A stretch of DNA of 61,919 bases, filler included, from Jimgerdemannia flammicorona (lineage: Eukaryota): NCBI GenBank assembly GCA_003990765.1. It is 3 parts of 3 records of this genome, joined end to end, with 100 filler letters (N's around TTAATTAATTAA, not from the genome) between each part and the next. Parts side by side here need not be neighbours in the genome. Positions count along the whole stretch, not along the records: positions 41,353 to 61,919 come from RBNJ01001650.1; 2 more parts are not named here. The stretch is one strand, 5' to 3'. The translations under genes were made by a program, and so were the position numbers. Positions within the stretch are counted from its first letter, which is position 1; each line of letters begins with the position of its first letter. The notes beneath the pieces were generated by a model, which was not told the origin of the DNA, did no database searches, and worked only from the letters and a program-made list of their open reading frames with translations. This document shows, one piece after another, positions 52,401 to 61,919 of the stretch.

Positions 52401-55400
52401 GGTGGTGACTGATGAGGAGGAACTGGTGGATGTCCCGGAGGTATGGGATGAGGCTGCAAGTGCTGGAGCTGACACCACAATGTTAGATGGAGGGAGGCAG
52501 TGACTCTGGGAGGGAAAGGTGGGGAACTTGCTTTGAATGTGCCAGATGATGAATAACCTGGCAGCGGAAGAGTTGGGGGAGGTGGACTTACGAGTGATGA
52601 GTGATGAACATTGGGCAGAGATATTGTAGGGAGATGGAGTAATGAAGGCATTGAAGGCAGAAATTCTTGTGGTGTACCTGGAGGAGGAAGGATATGAAGT
52701 AGATAAGGAGAGAGAGGCAGAGATGGCAGTCATTGCTGGAGAGAGGGCTGAATACTGCTGGAACAAGCATTATGGGCTGCAGCTCTGGCAGGAGGCATGC
52801 ATTGAATACCATGAGAAGTTTGAGGAGAAGGTAGATGGTGAGATAAATGAACTGCTGGCTGGATTGGAGGCTCAGAGAGCAGAAGAGAAGGAGGTGGCTG
52901 TGGAACATAATCTAGACATGGTGCGGGAGGAGATGAGTATGGAGCAGTAGAGACTGATTGATGACATAATATATTTCATCATTATGAACAGTACAACCAA
53001 TATTTTCTCTTTAAACATGAATGGGTTATGGGGCACTACTCAATATAGGAACATTTTTACTTGGCTGAAGGGATTGGAGGCCAATCTCTTTCTCTTGCAG
53101 GATATCTGGTGCGAAGATGACTCTAATAGGATGGAATGGACAAAGGAATGGGGAGGTGTGGCAATTTGGCAGGGCAAGGTTGGGATCTTGGTTAGGAAAG
53201 GCAGAGGGGAGATACAGAATGTGAGAAGCTGGGGGGAGAGACTGGTCTGGGGTGAGTGGATCTGGGCAGGCTGGCAGCCAGTTATGGTTGGCTCCTGCTA
53301 CTGCCCTGTGGTATGGGGTGAGAGAGTAGATTGGGTGAAAGGCTTATGGAAGAGTGGATTACTTGTGGAGGCTGGGGTGGATATACTTGGGGGAGATTTC
53401 AATATGGTTTGAGACATACTGTTGGATAGAATAGACGAAGGATGGGGTGCTGAGAGCAGGAGTGGAGGACTGGTAGCATGGAAGGAAGTAGAAAGACTAA
53501 GTATGCTAGTAGATACTGGTAGGGAGTGCTGGGGGAATAGGAGGGTTTATACACATTGGGTAGGAGGTCTGGGGACTAGAATCGACTGGATCTTGATGGC
53601 CAGCTACTGGAGACTAGATGTTTGGAAGTTGCTGGAGGTGGAATGGTGTCCATGGTCAGATCACTGAGGGCTTTTAGGACAGGGGTGCTTTGGGGGAAGT
53701 GGGGATGGACCTGGACATTGGCATCTCAATTTCTCTCTGTTAGATGACAAGACTTGGTGGGATGAGTGAGCTAAAGACATTAAGCTGAGGGTGGAGACCT
53801 GGCAGCAGGAAGGGGCCTCAGTTGGGACTCAGTGGATGAGGATGAAGAAGATGGCCAAGATGTACTGGAGTGAGGTTGGCAAGGAGGTAGGGAAGCAGCG
53901 AAAGTGAAGAGTGTGTTGGGCCTCTACTAGATTGACGAGGCTTCTGGAGGAGTGGACAAGGCTGATGATATTGGAGAGAGAAGATGATTGAAGATTAAAG
54001 AGGGTGAAAATGGAGATTGGGGAACTTCAACAGGTGCTGCAGGAGGAGAAAGAGGCAGGGGTACGGAGCTTGGTGGCATGGCTTCACTGGTAGGATCTGG
54101 AGGAAGGGGAGAGGCCTTCCAAGCTTCTTATAAGGGCCCTTAGGGTAAGGCAGGTACAGCATCAGTGAGAAGGGGTGTTGGACTCAGATGATATACTGGT
54201 GCATGGTGTACAGGACATTCTTGGATCGCTGAAGGAGAGATGGAGTGGATTGTGGAGTGAGGAGGAGGGTGGGGCAGATGCCACTACAATTGAACAAACT
54301 TTGGAGGATTGGTACCCACTATAAGTTAAAGGGCTAGGGGACCTGGTGAGGCCTGTACAGGAGGATGAGATCCACCAGGTTCTTGCCGCGACAATGCCAG
54401 ATACGGCACCTGGGGAGGATGGTCTGCCCTGGGACTTTTGGAAGTGAATGGTTGGAGTCCTGGGGGTAATGGGAGAGATGACAGCATTGTATGACCTTAT
54501 TCTACAGACAGGGAGGTGGGTGGGGGAGCAGGACCTTGGGCTGGTGATGCTGCTTTATAAAAACAAAGGAAGGCGGGAGAATTGGAAGAACTGGCAACCA
54601 ATAATGTTGCTAGATATAGACAGAAAGTTGGTGACTAAGGTGGTGGTGGTGAGACTACAGAAGGTGGCCCAGTAAGTCATAGGTATTGAGTAGAGGAGAT
54701 TTGTGGGTGGTTGGCTCATCAGGGATGGCACTGCCTGGGTACATGGCATTATCGAAGAGGCAAGGGCCTGTGGACTGAATGGGCGTCTAGTCTTCTTGGA
54801 CCAGGAGAAGGCATATGACCAGGTGTGAAGAGTCTGGCTGGTGAAAGTTTTGGATAGAATGGGGGTTCTGCATCAATTCTGGTCAGCAATGGTCAGCCTA
54901 CTAGAAGGGAGTAGGGCTGCACTCATGTGTAATGTCCATCAAGAGATAGCATTCCCCTTAGGTAGAGGGGTGCCCCAGGGGGACCCATTGTCTCCCATTT
55001 TGTATGCTTTTTCCCTGGAACCTCTTATGGACAGAATTAAGCGGAGAATAGTGGGACTCTCTGTCTTTGGCATAGGATGGCAAGTTGGGGCCTTTGCTGA
55101 CGACATGGTGGTGGGTTTGGGTTTGATTGCTGATGTTGAAGAGCTCAAGAAGACTGTGGAATAGTATGAGGAGAACTCTGGAGCTAAGCTGAATTAGCAT
55201 AAGTGTAAAACTATGGTGCTAGGCAATGGCCTGGTGGGAGGGGAAGTTATAGGAACAATCATCCCCACCAGTGAAGCAGTGTGGTACTTAGATATCTACT
55301 TATCAGTCTATGGGTCTGTTCTGCCCAGACTGTGGTGGGAGCAGAGGATTGAAATCTGGGAGGAGGCCCTGCAGAGTTGGGGGGGAAGACAATTTTCTCT

Positions 55401-56698
55401 GGCAGGGTGGGTTTTAATTTTGAATATCTACTAGATGCCAAAGTTGTGGTATCTGGCATATCATCTGGACTTCCCAGCCTGGGTGGTGAAGAGATTGATG
55501 AAGTCAGCGAAGAGATGGATTTGGGCTGGTAGGCAGAGTCAGATTGGTTGGGAGACCTTATCTCTACCAGTAGCAAGAGGTGGTCTTGGGCTGATTGACT
55601 TTCCGAAATGGCTACACTGCTTGAGAGTATGATGGCTGAAGAGGGCAGTGGAATTGAGAGGAGGTGGATGGGTTCTTCTGCTATAGAAGATCTGGGAGAG
55701 GTGGTCATTGCCAAGGGGCTCAACTGATGATCTCCTCTCCTTAGTTGGACTTCAGAACACTGCACAACTGCGATATAAAGGATTTTGGTGGGGGATTGCA
55801 GAAGGGGTGCACTGTATTGGTATTCATTGGCAGGGGAATGAAGGAGAGGAGGCTTGGGGCCCAGCAATATGGAGATGGGATCATATACTGCTGGGTGGTA
55901 CTCTTTTAATTGAGTTCGATATTGGTGATAGAATGGAATGCCAAAGGGGACCAGGCCAGGATCTGTGGCCTAGCAGTTGGTAAGGAGTTGGAATTGGCGA
56001 AGAGTGGAACTGGCATGGTATTTGGACCTGGAGTACTGCAGTGCAAAGGTGGTTGCTGCCAAAGTACTGAGTGGTCTGGTGGTACATGCTGCAGAGGGAT
56101 GTTATGCTCAACTTTCGCTTGGGGTACCTTGTCATAGGGGGTTGCTTCAACTGTGAGGAGTGCCACAATGTAGGGCAGGAGGGAGGTTATGTACAGACAC
56201 CTGAATATTGACTAGGAGAGTGTGAGGTGTTGGGGGATTTTTGGCAGACAATTGGGAATTGCTTAGGGGTACGGAGTAGGGGGGATGAAGTATGGGAGAG
56301 GTGGGAGGACTTGAGAGATAGATTGGTAGGGGGGATTGGGAAGGAGTGGCTTACTTTGGGTTGGGCTTTGGCTATTTGGGTGGGGCTGGCCAGTTATTGG
56401 CTATTTGTTTTTGAGGATGGGAGAAGACAGGGCTTGGGAGACCAGTTGCTGCAGTAGTACAGACTTATGGAAGATACCTTAACAGGATGGTAGCTGGGTT
56501 GGGAGATGAGGGGTGGTTGGAGGTGCCACTTAGTGGAGAAAATCTGTGGGCAAAGTGGGGGGAGAGTTGGGGTGGTTGGTGAAAGAGTGATTTTTATTCA
56601 TGAGGAGGTGGGGAGGGGCCCCCCTGTGGGGATTGGGTAGTGGGTAGTGATGATGTATATGTATTCATAGACTAATAATAAAGGCAGAGTCCAAGTGA

Positions 56699-56760
<62 letters not shown>
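44916..56760 (+). mobile_element. Full-length L1/Tx1-like LINE (host copy), split by a nested copy
   Basis: 16-bp TSD AAAGAAAGGCTGGTAG at 44900-44915 and 56761-56776. ORF1 about 45003-46371 plus 52295-52950. ORF2 52984-56640 (EN-RT-CCHC, with stops). AATAAA at 56677 and a 60-nt poly(A). Confidence 0.96.
46372..52282 (-). mobile_element. Full-length L1/Tx1-like LINE, nested antisense in ORF1 of the host copy
   Basis: 12-bp TSD CCTACCCCTCTC at 46360-46371 and 52283-52294. Poly(T) at 46372-46428. ORF1 52195-50181. ORF2 50147-46491 (3657 nt, same span as the host ORF2). Confidence 0.96.
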
Positions 56761-56765
<5 letters not shown>

Positions 56766-57001
56766 AAGGCTGGTAGATATTGTAGGACATGCCTTTAGTG
56801 GCTGAGCTATTGAGTCAATATATCATATAGCAGAGGTCTCAAAAGAAATAAAAGTAAGCCTTCATGAGCAATCTTGTGTAACTTATGCAACTCATTGATA
56901 TGCAACTCACTCACTTACTTACTCATGCTCTTTTTCTGAAATATCTATCTTTGTGTTTTATTTAACTTCATTTTTATATAGTCTCTCTTAAAAAACATCC
57001 A

Positions 57002-57140
57002 CATAATATCTGCATATAATCTATCTACATACAACCTGTCTACATATAATCCATCTACATGCAACCTGTCTGTATACAATCCATCTGCATATAATCTGTC
57101 CACATACATGAAATCTGCCCACATACAACCTGCCTGTATA
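57002..57140. repeat. 15-bp tandem repeat (CATAYAAYCYRTCTR, about 9 units)
   Basis: catataatctatcta, catacaacctgtcta, catataatccatcta, catgcaacctgtctg and further units. Confidence 0.8.
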
Positions 57141-58754
57141 CTTATTTTGATCCCTTAGATTAGGGCTCAGTTCTATTAGAAAAGAGAGTTCAAAGTTACC
57201 TAAGTCCAATCACATCTAGCATCTGATCAAATAGAGAAATTTGAGAACAAGATATTCAATATGAGTAGTACCAGCATCATCATCAAGACTTGGAGGTCTA
57301 TATTTGAATCAGAGTTAATCATTCTCAACCAAGAGATCTATTGACCAGTAAGAGTAATCAATGATGAAGAGAACTATATCATAATTAATGATCATGAAGA
57401 GGTGGTTATAATAGTGATAAGAAATCTCTATAGTGATGAGCTTCACTATCATATCAATAAGGTTTATAAGGATTGTGTCAAATACTAGATAACAGGAAAG
57501 AGAGGACAAAAAAAAGCAAAGAGAGAGGGTTTGAATGAAAATTGGATATACCACAATACTGGTAAAGGGTGGGTTCCAGAGTTCTGAAATCTCCCACACT
57601 TGTTTTTTTTTTTTTTTCTCCTCTCTGGATAATCACTCTCTCTACTAATATACTCTTTTTGATACAAATCCAGGGATACACAAGATTCTATACCCCTATC
57701 AGAACTTTAGAATTGCCATCAAAGAGCAAACTACATGCAAGCATAATATGGCCTATATGGTAATAGCAGCTATAATCTGGGGTTCTTTGAGTAGACTAAT
57801 AGAGCATACAGTAGGCTAGCTTAGCAGTGATCTCAGTGCAGCTGTACATACATTCTTAGTACAATTTAGCATACTATATAAGGTGAGGAGCTTTGCTTTT
57901 TTAGTACTGCAGCCCAGGGAGTTTCTGTGGTCTGGGGGGTTTTTGTGGCCCAGGGAGTTTCTGCCTCTCTATATGCAAAAAGAACTGACTGGATGCTGTT
58001 TATTTTGGTAGATTTCTAAGCTAGGACTCCTGGGGCTGGACCAAGGACAGATATCTATTAGTATAGCCTAGTAGTATAAGGTCCTAGACCAAGAGTTCAT
58101 TAACTGTACACTTGTGTCACATTAGAATATATCAGGTATAATGTTTCTCTGCCTACACACACAGACAACAATGTCACCTCAGTAATATTTTATATCTCAG
58201 AAAAGAAGGGCCCAACCTGAGAGGATAGCAGTAGAGTCTAATATAACCTCACCTATAGTTTTGGAGTCCTATTTGCAGTCAACATAGTTGTCCTATTCCA
58301 ACCATATGACTACTATGGTATCATCACCTTTGAGGAAAGATCAGATACAACAGCCATCATATTTATAATAGATGACAGACTCATCAAGGTCTGGGATCAG
58401 TAGGTGGAGCAGTTTTTGTAAGAGTTAGGCAATCTTTCATGAGGGTTTGGCAGTCATTTTGTATAAGTTGGATAGTCTTTTATAAGGAGTTGGACTGGCA
58501 GCCAAGTGCCTCTTCTGTAGCACTAGTTTAGCTATTATGCTAGGTCCTACTAGTCCCTTGGACCTGCTCTGTAGTACTGTCAGTGCAGTGCTGTAGCATA
58601 GGGCCAGAGTGCTCATAGAACCTGAACTGGTGATGGGACCCAAATCTGTAATGGACTTCAATTACCAGAAATACTCTCTGACCACTAGAAATGCCCTCTA
58701 ACTGCCAGAAGCACCCTCTGACTGCTAAAAGTATCCTCTGACCCAGACTCAGAC

Positions 58755-59285
58755 TCCTTGATAGCTTGGGATTACCTATGCTACTGGCAGAGAGCTGTAA
58801 ATTTTGCATACTCTCTCTACCAACCCTACTGACCTCTGGCCTGGACATAGGCTGCTTGAGGGTACTCCATATAGCTGGTAGAGGGCTACAAATTTTGTGT
58901 ACTCTCTCCACCAACTCTCTCATCCTAGATACTTATAGCTTGGAGCTGCTTCTTACTATTAGTAGAGAGCTGCAAATTTTGCATACTCTCTCTACCAACC
59001 CTGTGCCCACTGACCTGGGCACTGATAGCTTAGAGCTACTCCTTGCTACATACTAGCAGAGAGCCATAAATTTTGTGCACTCCCTCTGCCTACCCCCCCC
59101 CATCCTGGATACTTGTGGCTCAGGGCTACCTCTTACTACTGGTGGAGGGCCACAAATTTTGTATACTCCCTCCACTAACCCCATGCTCACTGATCCCACC
59201 CATCAACCTGAGTACTAATAGCTTGGGGCTGCCCCTGCTGCTAGTAGAGGGCTGCGAATTTTGCATACTCCCTCCACTACCATCA
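58755..59285. repeat. Six units of about 85-100 bp, each with an approximately 38-bp imperfect palindrome; probable hAT subterminal array
   Basis: Core GGYRGAGRG-CYRCAAATTTTGYRYAC-TCYCTCYRCC at about 58786, 58877, 58961, 59055, 59141 and 59243. Confidence 0.8.
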
Positions 59286-59422
59286 ACTCTACCAACTACT
59301 ACTCTACTTGAGTTACAAACTCTGGGCTGAGTCTTAAGTTTTTTTATTCTTTTTATTTTTGAAGTATTAAATAATCTATAAGACCAATTAACTTATCTAT
59401 GAATCCCAGAACCTACCAAATT

Positions 59423-61490
59423 TTAGTGGCCTGAGCCCCACCAAGATTTCAGATATATATATGTATATATCTGAATTGTCTCAGCATTCAGCATACACCT
59501 CTTAGGGGCAATGAGATCCACCCCACCTGAGAACACCTGCTCAATGGGAGCACTGGAGACAGAAATTGTCAAATAGTCCTGAGCCATACCACATAGACTG
59601 GGGAAGTCTGTTTGATATAGCTGCATACTTCAGTAGATAGAGCAGTGGTTAGAATAGTGGATTAAATTGGCTCAATATAACTAACTGCCTATCTAATAAC
59701 CCACTTTCTACTAGTTGAGCACCTCTGTACTCTCCAGCAGAATCACATAGTCACTAGTGAGATAAATAGTAAGTTTGTCTATTGATGGCAGCTCTTTTAC
59801 TGATGGCTCTCTCTTCCTCTTTCTGCTGAAGTAAATATAGGATAGAAGGGATTCTTTGATATATTCATCCAGATTTCAGTCAGAACCTTGTAATGGCACA
59901 TAGTTTTTCTAGTACATTTTGATTATGGCCTGTTTGATTCTCTCAATGAAGTACTGCTCCCAGCTCTGATCTTTATAATATTGAAGCTTTAAGGGTCCAG
60001 TACTGTTTAGAGAAAGAGAGTGAGTTTTTGTGAGAATTTCTCTGTTTTTGGAAGGGGCAACAGCCATATACTGATATATCTGTACTGATTGAGTATATGG
60101 TGGTATTTGTTTTAGAGTAGTATTTTCTAAGCTTGCTTAGTATAATCTCCATGATATCTCTCTAATCTGAGCTTAACTATAAATCACTGCAACTCTTCAA
60201 TCTGTCCTTAAGCTTGTCCTCTAGCTGGTCAATCAGAAGGTTATATACTGATATTACAGAGCTTATTATCAGAGTCATTTGTTTGACTATATCCTTTATA
60301 TAATCATCAAAATACTAGCAGTTATGTACAGTGAGATATTATATTATACAGAGGCAGATAAAATGAGTGTGAGGTCAGAGCAATCACCACTTATATCCAA
60401 AACTCTGACAACATTCCTAAGTATGTCCCACTCACTTTTACCTAAAGCCTCACCTCACATTTCCTTATCAGCAGCTACTATTGAATCTATTACCTTTTTT
60501 TGATTTGTTTTTTGTTTTTTGTTTTTTGTTTTAAAAAATCTTCAATCATCCAAAATAAGTTACTTCAGCTAACTGAAGAAAAAAGAATAGATACCACAAC
60601 AAACTCCAGCATGCACTGGATCATTGTAAATATTGAGTTCTAATATATATAGATGTTCAATATAAGCTCTTTCAGGGCTAAACTGATTACTCTATACTAT
60701 ATAGCAAATTTATCTCATTATTGTAGAGATGATCAGACTGATACAATCAGTTTGTACAGCTTGAAAACTATACTCAGAGCTCCTCCTCTCTTGGATGTTT
60801 TGTCTATATACATAAGATAGTCCTGAATAGCAAGGTTTAATATGTGGGCCTGGTATCATATATAGCAGCTTTCTATACCAAAGGCTATATTTTTCTATTT
60901 GAGGCTGGTTGCTAAAACTTGGAAAAATATTGAGTTATTTGTAGTATTGTCCATTGTAATGGCCAAAATCTGTACTTGAAATATTCAGTCAGCAGATTTA
61001 TACAAAAATAAATAACTAATAAAATCTGTTTTGTTTTAGAACCTCTCTCAAAATACTGATCTGATAGTAAGTCTTCCTTTTTTATCTTAGTTGTGATCCC
61101 AAGCTCCTGGATATAACTAATAAAAGCATCTATGATATTATCTCCAGAATGAGGGCCAGTAAGTTTGATGAAGTCAAGGGTGAGAGATTTAAGCTATCAA
61201 TTAAGGTCAATCTAATGACTAGTAATGCTCAGAAATAAAATTATATTGAGGGATATCCATGTATCAATCATAAATGAAATTTTGCCTACTAAATTCTGCT
61301 TATTGAATGTAAGATTAAATTGGTGAGCTCTTTATAAATATATATATATAATTTAGCTTACAAAGATCATAGTACTACTTTTATTTATTTATTTTACCTA
61401 AAGTGTCTAGTGGAGATTGTCATACTTCTTCCTATAGGCCTCCAGGATATCTTTGCAAATAGTATTAATACTTGGCAAATATAAATCATA
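59423..61490 (-). pseudogene. hAT-family transposase relic
   Basis: ISF..D.W.S, FLSIT.H(W)ID, LDFIKLTGPHSGDNI, ILAITMDN.TNN, AHILNLAIQ. C-terminal dimerisation domain FPSLCGMAQDYLTISVSSAPIEQVFS...LKSW. Confidence 0.88.
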
Positions 61491-61500
61491 CTTGACACCG

Positions 61501-61919
61501 GACCTTTCTCTGGTAACATTCAGGTTACACAAGACTCAGACAACACTTTCTACAACGTTTTTGGTGTCCGACGACTAACATCATGGACGGCAACGATCGA
61601 TCTGGTGAGCGTACTGGCCAGGGGGGCGGCGGCGCCTTTGGCTGGCAGCAGGTGGGGAGGAGGGGAGATGGTTTGGGGATGCCAGGGGCCTCGATAGCTA
61701 GCCGGGGCCCCAGCGGCGGAGGGAGGGGAGGTCTGAGGCAGAGAGGAGGGGAGAGGACGACCTTTGCTGACAAGGTCAGGATGGGGGCGATGGCTTCTGG
61801 GCTGGATAGTTGGCTGGGCCTGGGGAAGGCGTCGATGGCTTCTACCGGGGGTCAAGGAGGTGCACCCCAGGGTGCTTCTGGTGGTAGGGTAGAGGCCGGA
61901 GTAGGGGCTGGAGATGTGA
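61501..61919 (+). mobile_element. 5' end and ORF1 start of another, CpG-richer (less decayed) LINE copy, running off the window
   Basis: ACCTTTCTCTGGTAACATTCAGGTTACACAA terminus. ORF1 MDGNDRSGERTGQGGGGAFGWQQVGRRG starts at 61583. Confidence 0.88.

Noticed and set aside
51506..52651. 381-aa ORF as a novel gene
   Set aside because: It is a chimera that reads from the antisense of the host LINE across the insertion junction into the nested ORF1 (true start 52195).
58755..59285. CRISPR array
   Set aside because: The linkers are homologous to each other rather than unique, the repeats are degenerate, there are no cas genes, and the context is eukaryotic transposon DNA.

Overview
Eukaryotic, most likely fungal, repeat-dense DNA in three pieces. 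The pieces are joined by two artificial 100-nt N44-TTAATTAATTAA-N44 linkers (20578-20677, 41253-41352). Almost the whole window is nested, decayed transposons: at least six copies or fragments of one L1/Tx1-like LINE group (including one full-length copy inserted antisense inside another, both with clear TSDs), several Ty3/Gypsy elements (one chromovirus-like, one dUTPase-carrying), two Ty1/Copia remnants, a hAT transposase relic with a palindromic subterminal array, and a PIF1/Helitron-like scrap. Decay is overwhelmingly C>T/G>A. The only recognisable host gene is the last two exons of SEC31. Main discovery: two large LTR types with no obvious DNA similarity (about 2.04 kb and 1.54 kb) each carry a full protein-coding cassette inside U3, laid out as TATA - ORF - second TATA - AATAAA. 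The two reconstructed proteins (365 aa and 292 aa) share colinear motifs by eye. This suggests an uncharacterised family of LTR-borne accessory genes that survives in solo LTRs. The 1.5-kb-LTR Gypsy lineage also has an unrecognised Cys/His motif and a dUTPase before RT.
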